In this document: in pieces, positions 19,012 to 27,657 of the stretch
Numbering within the stretch: position 1 is the first letter of the stretch
Layout of the letters: each line of letters starts with the position of its first letter
Source: Candidatus Micrarchaeia archaeon
GTDB taxonomy: Archaea; Micrarchaeota; Micrarchaeia; CABMEP01
Reading direction: 5' to 3'
Assembly (NCBI GenBank): GCA_038881595.1
Contig: JAVZPM010000001.1
Location: 224,001 to 288,000, forward strand
DNA: 64,000 nt
Made by a program: the position numbers and the translations under genes
Notes under the pieces: model-generated
Database searches by the model: none
What the model was told of the DNA's origin: nothing
What the model saw: the letters and a program-made list of their open reading frames with translations, nothing else

Positions 19012-19791
19012 TTATATCCTTTTATACTCTATCCCATATTCGTTGCAGAATTCAATTATTTTTTTCCTTTGTTCTTGCTTTAATCCTTTCCAATCGATAT
19101 ATACATTTTCAACCTCTTCTGAACATCTTTCAAATGCTTGTGTAAATGTTGTATATTCAAGATTGTCTACTGCGTAATTTGGGATGATGTGCGCAAATGC
19201 AATCTTTCCTTCTATCTGATGTTTGTTAAAAGCAGGACAGTAATGCCCGCCACCAACTCCCACTGAGATCTCTTTAATTTCTATTCTTTCCATAAATTCT
19301 TCAAATTCATTTATTATCTCAGCTACAAACTCTGCATACTTCTCATTTTTCCATTCTTTTTCACTGCTTCCAATTTCAACAAAAGCGCACGGCCTCATAC
19401 AAAGTGGACCATGATGATCAACTTCCATTGTTATATTCATATCAAGTTTAATTTGTTTATTTCTCTCATTAAGAAGTGTAATTAAAGTTTTCATTCTTAC
19501 TGGATCGCTAAAAGAAATTTCTTTATCTTTTCCTCCCATCTCAGCCTTTCCCCAATTTCCAGGAACATGAACTGTAAAAGAAGGCTTTCCGCTTTCGCTT
19601 TTATGTTTGCTTGCAAATAAAATAAATTCATCCTCTATTTTTTTGACTAAATTATCTGAATAGAGTAAGGATTCCTTAACCTCAGTTAAATTCTTTTCAG
19701 AAATATCTGTGTCTCCTTTTTCAATGATAGATCTTAGGCTTTTTGCTATATTAACTCCTGCTGGATCTGCTATTGAATACAGAATTTGCAT
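19012..19791 (-). CDS. dtdA: D-aminoacyl-tRNA deacylase (DTD2/GEK1 type)
   Basis: DPAGVNI, SKHKSESG.PSFTVHVPGN, EVDHHGP, FVEIGS, GGGHY, IDWKG. Confidence 0.95.
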   Translation of the reverse strand: MQILYSIADPAGVNIAKSLRSIIEKGDTDISEKNLTEVKESLLYSDNLVKKIEDEFILFASKHKSESGKPSFTVHVPGNWGKAEMGGKDKEISFSDPVRMKTLITLLNERNKQIKLDMNITMEVDHHGPLCMRPCAFVEIGSSEKEWKNEKYAEFVAEIINEFEEFMERIEIKEISVGVGGGHYCPAFNKHQIEGKIAFAHIIPNYAVDNLEYTTFTQAFERCSEEVENVYIDWKGLKQEQRKKIIEFCNEYGIEYKRI

Positions 19792-19814
19792 TTTCCCATC
19801 TCGTTTTTATGCCG

Positions 19815-20621
19815 TTATACAAGAGAAACGCCAGCTAATATATAAATAATTAAGCCAATTAATATGAATGGAAGAAACATAGGCATATCTAGGACAGGCC
19901 ATTTCCTCCCTGTTTTGCTTAATATTTTTGCCTGCTTTTCGTCACTTAGTCTTTTTATTTTGTATTTTTCTATAATTTTTTTGTCCAACATTTCTACTGC
20001 AATTACATCTTCTGGTTCTATTTTTTTCTTCATAACCACCATTTCTTGTATTAACTGTTCTTTTGAAATTATAAAGAATATGGATTCAAAGAAAAGTATT
20101 CCTGAAACCAAAAGCAGCCAAGCAGGTAGGAATGGAAATATCATAAACATATAAATTAACAGAGCAAATGAAAATAAGAGCAATATAATCTGGAGTGATT
20201 GCCAGAGATTTATCTTTATCTTTCCTTCATTAAATCTCTTGATAATTTTTGGGAAATATTTTATCATAATCCATACTGAAGCAAGCACAGTAGCAATTGC
20301 AAGAACCATCAATGAGGAAGGAACAAATTGATTTTCGTCCAATGGAAATACAGGCAATGCAGAGTAGATCGCTGCCAGTGCTATAACGTCTGCACCACCA
20401 ATCTGTCCATTAAGATATAATATGTAAAGCACAAGTATCAAGGGAATTGCAATTGGAAGGAATTTTAAAAACAATGAATAATCAAATATATTCAAAAGTA
20501 ATGAAATTCCAAGGAATAAATAAAGAAATAGCTCAGGTACATTCTTTTTATTGAAAATATCATAATAAGCAGCAATTCCAGTTCCTACCAATGCAATTAA
20601 TATCCTAATAAGTTCTATCAT
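19815..20621 (-). CDS. Prepilin/preflagellin peptidase (A24 family, PibD/FlaK-like)
   Basis: AYYD and IGGAD aspartate motifs; multiple TM; C-terminal PMFLPFILIG. Confidence 0.85.
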   Translation of the reverse strand: MIELIRILIALVGTGIAAYYDIFNKKNVPELFLYLFLGISLLLNIFDYSLFLKFLPIAIPLILVLYILYLNGQIGGADVIALAAIYSALPVFPLDENQFVPSSLMVLAIATVLASVWIMIKYFPKIIKRFNEGKIKINLWQSLQIILLLFSFALLIYMFMIFPFLPAWLLLVSGILFFESIFFIISKEQLIQEMVVMKKKIEPEDVIAVEMLDKKIIEKYKIKRLSDEKQAKILSKTGRKWPVLDMPMFLPFILIGLIIYILAGVSLV

Positions 20622-20719
20622 TTTTGCACCCTCAATCAGTTAATATCACTACTTGATTAGTATTACTATTTTAATCTTATAATTCTATCTGCTACTTTAA
20701 ACTTATAGTAAAGAGCAGT

Positions 20720-21838
20720 TTACCAGAAATCATCTAACCATTCGCTATGTATAGAAATTACGTTTAGCTGCTTGCATGTAGCATTTGTCTTAAGGAGTGA
20801 AGATATACTCGGTTGTGTTCTTCCATCATCCCCACTTATGAATTCTTTAATATAAGTACCAGATTCAGATAGTATATGTAGTTTTATTGTATGGCTGTCA
20901 ATCCATTCTGGTTTAAGCATCTTTATTCTTCTTTTCCTAATTAGATCAGATCTTCTTATAAGCACCCTTTTAGGTGTTCTTTGCATTAATAAAATACTTT
21001 TAGGTAATTTAGAAATTTCATTTTTATCAATGGGTTTTTCTAGATTCACTATTGCTTCATATTCCTTGTCAAATTTAGCTCTTTTTATTATTTCTATCCA
21101 TTCTTTATTGACTATTTTCTCAAACTTTACCTTTATTTTTCCTTTATTCATTTTATTTATAATATTATTTATTCTTTCTATTTCCTTTTCATTCAATATT
21201 CTTTTCTTTGGATTAGTCACTTCTATTACAAAAGGTCTTCCCTCACCCAACATCAATACATCTATATCTTCCCTTCCACTACCATGCAAAATTGCCTTAC
21301 TTCTTTCAGTGCCAATCTCTTTTATCAAGATTCTCTCTATCAGTTCTTCAACAGATTCCTCTTTCGCACCTTCCTTCTTAGTTTGCCTTATTCCTCTTTG
21401 AAGCTTATTGTATTTTCCGTATAGATAAATAGAGGATATTTGCTTTGATATTCTGTCATTTTTAATATCATATATAATTCTTACATCAGGATCTGGACTG
21501 AATTTGTATTTTGTTTTCTTTTCTATTATCTTTCCCAATTCAGTGTTTAATTCAGGTTTTATACTTTTCCATTTTCTAAAGTCAGTAAAATCCCAGATTT
21601 TTTCTTCTATAGCCTCTGATTCCTTCGGTATGCTCGTTCCTATGCTAAATGTCTGTATTCCTGGAATTGATTCTAGTTCTTTTATTATTTTATCTGCTAT
21701 TTTATTTAAGTTCAGGAAACAACCATTGCAAAGTTTACATTCCTGTTCATTTTCTATAAATTCAGAATCGACTTTAGAGAATCCGTTCCTGCTCCAGCAT
21801 CTTTTACATACTTTAGGCATTACAAATTTTATCATCAT
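20720..21838 (-). CDS. pus10: tRNA pseudouridine(54/55) synthase Pus10
   Basis: N-terminal CxxC pairs; GKYNKLQRGIRQT, HGSGREDIDVLMLG.GRPF, QRTPKRV, GTYIKEFISGD.GRT. Confidence 0.96.
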   Translation of the reverse strand: MMIKFVMPKVCKRCWSRNGFSKVDSEFIENEQECKLCNGCFLNLNKIADKIIKELESIPGIQTFSIGTSIPKESEAIEEKIWDFTDFRKWKSIKPELNTELGKIIEKKTKYKFSPDPDVRIIYDIKNDRISKQISSIYLYGKYNKLQRGIRQTKKEGAKEESVEELIERILIKEIGTERSKAILHGSGREDIDVLMLGEGRPFVIEVTNPKKRILNEKEIERINNIINKMNKGKIKVKFEKIVNKEWIEIIKRAKFDKEYEAIVNLEKPIDKNEISKLPKSILLMQRTPKRVLIRRSDLIRKRRIKMLKPEWIDSHTIKLHILSESGTYIKEFISGDDGRTQPSISSLLKTNATCKQLNVISIHSEWLDDFW

Positions 21839-21905
21839 TATAAATTATTAAGATAAGTTTAAATTTTATTACTTACATATTATATTCTAAATATTAAGTG
21901 ATTTT

Positions 21906-23462
21906 ATGCAAGAAATAAAAGAAGATAAAATATCAGAACACTGGGTTTCAGTATTGGTAAAAGAGATATTGTCATCCACTAAGCCACCATTTGTAGTTGC
22001 ATCAGGCATAACCACCAGCGGACCTACGCATATAGGAACTGCAAGCGAATTCATATATCCAAACGCAATTGTGACATACTTCAAAAATAATGGTTATGAT
22101 GTTCAATTCATATTCATCGGAGATATAATGGATGCGTTTGACTCAATTCCTAAACCGTTAGAAAAGTTCAAGGATGTTTTAGAGCCTCATTTAGGAAAGC
22201 CTCTTGTACATGTCCCGGATCCATTCGGCTGTCATGCCTCTTACGGAGATCATTTTCTTTCTGAAGCAGCAGATCTAATGAAGAGATTTAAGGTGAATCC
22301 GGAAATAGTGAGAAACAGTGATCTTTATGCAAAAGGACTTTATGATAAGTATGCAATAAAATATCTGAATGAACGTGAGAAGGTTAGAGATGTGGTTTTT
22401 GAATCCTCTTTAAGAAAAAAAGAGGGGAAAGAATGGGAAAACTGGTCTCCTATAGCTCCAATATGTGAAAAATGTGGAAAGATATCTACATGTACAGTTA
22501 CTGGTTTCGATGGAGAATATTATTACTATAAATGCAATAAGGATGTTGAGTATACAAAGGGATGTGGTCATGAGGGTAAGGCAAGAATAAGCGATCACCG
22601 ATACAAGCTTGTTTGGAGAGTAGAATGGCCTTCAAGGCAGGATTTCCTTAATGTTACAATAGAAGGTTTTGGCAAGGATCATGCTACTAGAGGTGGGTCG
22701 GCAGATACTGCAAGGGAAATGCATGAAAAAATACTAGGTAGAAAGCCACCATTTTTCTATAGATTTGGCTTCTTCCTTCTAGGAGGAAAGAAATATTCTA
22801 AATCAAAAGGTATAGGTTTGGATGTTAATACCGTTCTAAAACTCATGCCTCCAGAAGTAATCAAATATTTCATATACAGATCCGATTCACAAGAGGATAA
22901 GAACTTCGATCCTACAGGTCAGAACATGCTTCTTATATTTGAAGATTATGAATATGCAAGCACTCTTTCACAACCAAAGGAAACACTTACCAGGGCAGAT
23001 AGAAAGAAAAGAATCGCCTACGAGATAAGCGGTGAAAGAAAATGGAAGGCAAAATTCCTGGACATTCTTCTTTACTATCAGATATATAGGGATTGGGAAA
23101 AAGTAAAGTCTCTTTTTAATGATCCAGAAGGAGTGGAATACATAAAACCATATATCGTTTATTGGATAGAGAATGGGTATGTGCCAGAGGATTATTCATT
23201 TTCAATAAATCCGAAAAAGCCATCAGATATAAGAGGAATAAAAGAGTTTGCAGAAAGGCTTGATGATAAAATGGACCAACTCGCCATACATAATCTTGTT
23301 TTTGATACAGCTAAGTCTTTAGATATAGAGCCGAAGGAGTTCTTCAAGACGCTATATACTGCTTTAATCGGCAAGGACAGGGGCCCTAAGCTAGGAAAGC
23401 TTATTCATGCCATAGGTCCCAGTAAAGTAAAGAAGGTGTTGATGGAATTAGTAGGTCAATAG
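21906..23462 (+). CDS. lysS: Class I lysyl-tRNA synthetase
   Basis: SGITTSGPTHIG, VPDPFGCH, CEKCG, KLVWRVEWP, GKDH, KYSKSKG, GPKLG. Confidence 0.97.
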   Translation: MQEIKEDKISEHWVSVLVKEILSSTKPPFVVASGITTSGPTHIGTASEFIYPNAIVTYFKNNGYDVQFIFIGDIMDAFDSIPKPLEKFKDVLEPHLGKPLVHVPDPFGCHASYGDHFLSEAADLMKRFKVNPEIVRNSDLYAKGLYDKYAIKYLNEREKVRDVVFESSLRKKEGKEWENWSPIAPICEKCGKISTCTVTGFDGEYYYYKCNKDVEYTKGCGHEGKARISDHRYKLVWRVEWPSRQDFLNVTIEGFGKDHATRGGSADTAREMHEKILGRKPPFFYRFGFFLLGGKKYSKSKGIGLDVNTVLKLMPPEVIKYFIYRSDSQEDKNFDPTGQNMLLIFEDYEYASTLSQPKETLTRADRKKRIAYEISGERKWKAKFLDILLYYQIYRDWEKVKSLFNDPEGVEYIKPYIVYWIENGYVPEDYSFSINPKKPSDIRGIKEFAERLDDKMDQLAIHNLVFDTAKSLDIEPKEFFKTLYTALIGKDRGPKLGKLIHAIGPSKVKKVLMELVGQ

Positions 23463-23526
23463 TAAGTTAAGATTATCAAATGCCAATAGAATTAAATTGA
23501 TAGATGTTTGATAGGTATTTTATTAT

Positions 23527-24306
23527 TTATTCTTTTAACATCGAATGAATCCTTTCCAATTCTTCTATCGTTAATGTGAACACTCTTCTTTTTTGTATAC
23601 CAAGTTTTTCAGCCACCAAAATTAGTTTTGGATATTCATCCATTATCTCTTTTGCCTTTGCAGCTGCACCTAATGTTTTTTTCCTATGAGAAAAGAGTCG
23701 CTCTATGAATTTATCAAATTCAGGGTTATTTGTTTTTTCTCTTTTGAATAGCATAACAATTGCAGAGTCAACTTTAGGTACTGGTTTAAAGCTTCCTTTA
23801 GGAACTTTCTTTAGATATATTGGCTTGAAGTAATAGTTAGTCATTACGCTTAATCTTGACCAATCCTTTTCGCCTGGCTTTGCAATCATTCTGTCTACAA
23901 ATTCCTTCTGGAGGCAGAGAATAGCCTTTTCAAAATTAAATTCCTTAAGCTTGAAAAGAAGTGGAGAAGATATAGAATATGGAACATTACTTATTATTAG
24001 ATCTATCCTCTTTTGCTTTGATTCTTTTAGAATTTCATTTTCATCTAAATCTAAGAAGTCAGCTTCTATGACTGTAACATTCTTTTTTTTCTTGAATAAA
24101 AATTTAAGAGAATCTGCAAAGCTGAAATCTTTTTCAACAATAATAAGGTGCTTTGCGGTCTCTGCAACCAATCTGCTAAGGTTTCCAGTACCCCCCCCGA
24201 TTTCAAGTACTACTTTTCCTTTTGGTTGCAGCATATCTACTTCGTATTTCAGCGTCTCTTCATTTTCCAGCATATGCTGGCCAAAATGTTTTCTTTTATT
24301 GTACAT
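23527..24306 (-). CDS. rsmA: 16S rRNA dimethyladenosine transferase KsgA/Dim1
   Basis: GQHML, VLEIGGGTG, SNVPYSISS, QKEF, PVPKVDS, HRKKT. Confidence 0.96.
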   Translation of the reverse strand: MYNKRKHFGQHMLENEETLKYEVDMLQPKGKVVLEIGGGTGNLSRLVAETAKHLIIVEKDFSFADSLKFLFKKKKNVTVIEADFLDLDENEILKESKQKRIDLIISNVPYSISSPLLFKLKEFNFEKAILCLQKEFVDRMIAKPGEKDWSRLSVMTNYYFKPIYLKKVPKGSFKPVPKVDSAIVMLFKREKTNNPEFDKFIERLFSHRKKTLGAAAKAKEIMDEYPKLILVAEKLGIQKRRVFTLTIEELERIHSMLKE

Positions 24307-24321
24307 CTTATCTACATTTTA

Positions 24322-24960
24322 TTAAAAAGAAACATTGTACGGCATTAACATTTTTGTAACTGCATAAAGAAAGATATATGAAATTAAAAGTACTAGTATT
24401 GGCCATACAATAATCATTAACGCTTTTATCCACGAAATATTGTTGCTATTCTTGACTATTGAAACTATACCATATATTCCATAAATAAAAACTAACAAAT
24501 TCAATGAAGTAAGGTCTCTAATGATGGAAGAAATTATTGCTATAATTATTATCAAAATTATTGCAACTGTAGAAAACATTAAAATAGAATTAGTTTGTTT
24601 TTCAAAGTCTGCTTTTACATCAAGAATTCTTGCAGATAACCATATAAATGAACTACTCGTTACGATAGCTAACAATATGAAAAACACATAAAATAGAAGT
24701 ACTAAAGCACCTATAGCAATACCAAAGATGTTAAAGGAAGGCAATAAAGATAAAGTTAAAACAACTAAAAAAGACAAATAAATGAATAAATATGAATTTT
24801 TTATGGTCTGTTTTGTTTCATACGTGTATTCGGTTGACTTTGCAGGATTGGAAAACAGCTCTACCATATTTTTAAAGGAATAAATAAGGGAATCCTGCGA
24901 ATCTTTATTTTTAACTTCTTCTCTCTTGATTTCCTTTATTTTAGTTCTCTTTTTTTCCAT
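24322..24960 (-). CDS. Yip1-like multi-pass membrane protein
   Basis: LFSNP near N-terminus, about five TM helices, WLSARIL..KADF and ISWIKA patterns. Confidence 0.6.
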   Translation of the reverse strand: MEKKRTKIKEIKREEVKNKDSQDSLIYSFKNMVELFSNPAKSTEYTYETKQTIKNSYLFIYLSFLVVLTLSLLPSFNIFGIAIGALVLLFYVFFILLAIVTSSSFIWLSARILDVKADFEKQTNSILMFSTVAIILIIIIAIISSIIRDLTSLNLLVFIYGIYGIVSIVKNSNNISWIKALMIIVWPILVLLISYIFLYAVTKMLMPYNVSF

Positions 24961-24987
24961 AAAATCACTCAATAGTTTTTTATCTTC

Positions 24988-25560
24988 TTAGCGTCTTCTA
25001 AAATCACTTGTTGGTGGCATGGGTGGCTTAATAAATAAATAGTATCTTTCTTTGCCACTCATCTCATTTATTATTCTTTCAGTAATCATTTCTACTGGAT
25101 TAAGTAGATGTGGTACTCTTTTTGTAAGATCATCAAAACTTTCAAAAGGTTTAATTTCTCTTTCTTTGAGTATGTCTTCCAAATGTTTCTTTCCAATACC
25201 TGGAAGGAGTTCAAGCTGATGGAGTCTTATTGTTACTGGTCCGCATTTATTTATGAAATTTATAAAATCACTTTCTCTGCTTTTAACTATTGTTCTTATT
25301 GCACTTTTCAGTTCATTTTTAGCAGCACCTGTAAGTTCAGAGTATTCAACTCTTCCTTTTATTCTTTCTACTTCCTTTCTTTGATTCAAATCTTTTCCTA
25401 CATATAGTTTACTATGAAGTTGAATTGGAACATTTCTTTTCACTATAACTTCCAGAAGTGTAAAGAATCTTTCACCAACTAGGTAAGCAACTGGTTCTCG
25501 TTTAATATCCGTTGGTTTACCTAGTGGTAAATAGTCTATTACAATTCCATAGTCTTCCAT
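24988..25560 (-). CDS. DUF655 family RNA-binding protein
   Basis: VIDYLPLG, GERFFTLLE, RLHQLELLPGIGKK, PFESFDD; synteny with rpoF and ksgA. Confidence 0.95.
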   Translation of the reverse strand: MEDYGIVIDYLPLGKPTDIKREPVAYLVGERFFTLLEVIVKRNVPIQLHSKLYVGKDLNQRKEVERIKGRVEYSELTGAAKNELKSAIRTIVKSRESDFINFINKCGPVTIRLHQLELLPGIGKKHLEDILKEREIKPFESFDDLTKRVPHLLNPVEMITERIINEMSGKERYYLFIKPPMPPTSDFRRR

Positions 25561-25573
25561 AAAAAATCACCAG

Positions 25574-25915
25574 TTATTGTTTCTGGTATTTTGAAACTAT
25601 TTCTATTATCTTATTAATTTCGTCTTCTGTTAAAGAATAAGTTTCCTTTGAGAATATCTGTTCTATTTCTTCTTTCTTCTTTGGCATTAAATCTACAATC
25701 TTAACTGCTTTTGCTCTGTTTAGTTTTGCAACTTCACTCATTAATTCACTTATCATTTCCTCTGCAGTTTCTTTGCTTATTTTGGTCATTTTTTTTGCAT
25801 ATTCTAAAGTCTTTGCCTGTTCGAATCCCATTTCTATTTCACTAGGCATTTCTAGTATTTCTTTTACTTCAGCAAGCGTTACTTCTCTAATATCAAGGAT
25901 TTTTTTACCTATCAT
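25574..25915 (-). CDS. rpoF: RNA polymerase subunit F (Rpo4)
   Basis: VTLAEVKEIL, EQAKTLEYA, AVKIVDLMP; synteny. Confidence 0.95.
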   Translation of the reverse strand: MIGKKILDIREVTLAEVKEILEMPSEIEMGFEQAKTLEYAKKMTKISKETAEEMISELMSEVAKLNRAKAVKIVDLMPKKKEEIEQIFSKETYSLTEDEINKIIEIVSKYQKQ

Positions 25916-25934
25916 TCTAATCACTTTTTATAGA

Positions 25935-26219
25935 TCAACATTCTCTTAGGTGGACAGCTGAAACTATAAATTTCTTTTTTATTCCCCCATCCTCTACTTC
26001 TACAACGTAAGCATTTCCCTGTTTTCCTTTAACTATACCAACACGACCAGCATATCTTGGATGAGGAAAGTCTTCGAACTTGACATTTGGAACTAGTTGT
26101 ACCTTTTTTCCTATCTCGATAGTTTTCAATTGATCAACTACAGTAACTTTTCTTTTAGTTGATTTTCTTCCAAGCACTCTGCTTTTTCTGCTCATTCTTC
26201 CCTTAGATGCTTTGACCAT
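25935..26219 (-). CDS. rpl21e: 50S ribosomal protein L21e
   Basis: SKG...KSR, PHPRYAGRVG.V, AYVVEV.DG, AVHL. Confidence 0.95.
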   Translation of the reverse strand: MVKASKGRMSRKSRVLGRKSTKRKVTVVDQLKTIEIGKKVQLVPNVKFEDFPHPRYAGRVGIVKGKQGNAYVVEVEDGGIKKKFIVSAVHLREC

Positions 26220-26367
26220 ATTATCACTTCGATTCAAATTAAAATTTGTTACAATTAACTCTAGCTAAAATAAAACTGCATTAATAGATATAATATATGT
26301 AGGATAAGTTTAAAAATATACATATATCTAAATGGGATCTCAAACAATTTTTTTATATTTAAATAGG

Positions 26368-26435
26368 TTTAAATACCTTCCGAGGTATATAAATTTAAGT
26401 ATTTAAAAAGGCCGAGTTGTAATCGGGCTTTTAAA
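26368..26435. promoter_or_regulatory. Two inverted repeats with TATA-like arms upstream of the half-TBP gene
   Basis: TTTAAATACCT-TCCG-AGGTATATAAA (26368-26393) and TTTAAAAAGGCCGA-GTTGTAA-TCGGGCTTTTAAA (26402-26435); function unknown. Confidence 0.55.
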
Positions 26436-26445
26436 GGGTGTTTTA

Positions 26446-26724
26446 ATGACGAAAGATGTTAAGTTTAAGATTGAGAATATTGTAGCATCAGCAAATCTAG
26501 GAATCGAACTGGATCTTTATTCTCTTGGAAGAAAGGTTCCAAATATTGAATATGAGCCTGAACAATTTCCTGGAGCAATTCTTAAACTTAGGGAACCAAA
26601 ATCATCATTGCTTCTCTTCAAGAATGGAAAGATAATATGTACTGGTTGCAAGACAGAAAAAGAAGTAAAATTAGCAATCAGAAATGCAATGGCAATTCTT
26701 CAAAAAGCACAGAAGAAGAGATAA
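26446..26724 (+). CDS. tbp: Single-repeat (half-size) TATA-binding protein
   Basis: IENIVAS..L...LDL, EYEPEQFPG, LLLFKNGKIICTG = one TBP repeat in 92 aa; no second repeat after the stop. Confidence 0.92.
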   Translation: MTKDVKFKIENIVASANLGIELDLYSLGRKVPNIEYEPEQFPGAILKLREPKSSLLLFKNGKIICTGCKTEKEVKLAIRNAMAILQKAQKKR

Positions 26725-26779
26725 TTAGAGACGTTAGTAAACCAATCATAAAAATAAATTAAAGTCCGTAACGTCTTAC

Positions 26780-27571
26780 CTATTTAATATAGAAGATATC
26801 ATTTTCGAATTTTTTTATCATTATTTTTATTTTATTCTTTTTCTTATTATTGCTGTAATCAAATATAGATCTTCTATCTTTTTTAGGTATGCGTAGCATC
26901 TCGTTTAGTTCAGCATAATGCTCTTTGAAACTTTTAGATATTTCTTCAAGCTTTTGTTTTCTCTTTTCAATTTCCTTAAGTCCATTTATTCTTGCTTCTT
27001 CATATTCTCTACTTATCCACCAACCACTGGTTCCATACATATCTATTAACAGCTTATCGTTTAAGAGAACAAGTTCAATCAAATCAACATTATACTTATC
27101 ATTTTTCCATTCTTCTAAGACTTTTTCCCTTACAATCAATAATATTCTCTCTTTTTCCTTTGTATCTATAAAAGTATTATATTCAGCGATTTTCATTAGT
27201 AAATTACTAATTACATAAAATTTCTTTTTATCTTGGACTTTCTTATATTCTTCTTCAAGATTTAAATCACTCATTTCTATTTCAGTTAATATTTCTACTG
27301 CATTTTTAGATACGTCTTTTCCCCTTGTATACCAAATCTTCTTAATTAAGTCTTTTTGTTCATCCTTGAATGAATTATCTATAACCTCTTCTACCTTTTT
27401 ATCTTCAGGATAGTATAGATTATAGTAGTTATAATATGCTTTTGCATCTATTGGCTTAAATATAAGTCCAAGTGTCAAAACCCCTTTTGCTATATTTTCA
27501 ATTAAAGGTTTTTTGATTTTTTCTTTCCAGTTTTCTTTTTGTATGTTTTTTTCTTTTTTCTTACTTTCCAT
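26780..27571 (-). CDS. Helical, probably exported protein; paralog of 62819-63619
   Basis: GGGGAGG RBS before ATG 27571; charged leader ending KPIDAKA; motifs shared with the 62819 protein. Confidence 0.7.
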   Translation of the reverse strand: MESKKKEKNIQKENWKEKIKKPLIENIAKGVLTLGLIFKPIDAKAYYNYYNLYYPEDKKVEEVIDNSFKDEQKDLIKKIWYTRGKDVSKNAVEILTEIEMSDLNLEEEYKKVQDKKKFYVISNLLMKIAEYNTFIDTKEKERILLIVREKVLEEWKNDKYNVDLIELVLLNDKLLIDMYGTSGWWISREYEEARINGLKEIEKRKQKLEEISKSFKEHYAELNEMLRIPKKDRRSIFDYSNNKKKNKIKIMIKKFENDIFYIK

Positions 27572-27657
27572 TTCCTCCCCTATTGATACTTTCGAATTTG
27601 AAGTATATAAGTTTTTCTTTAACGCTTTAGCCATCCTATTTTTTAATATCGATTTCA

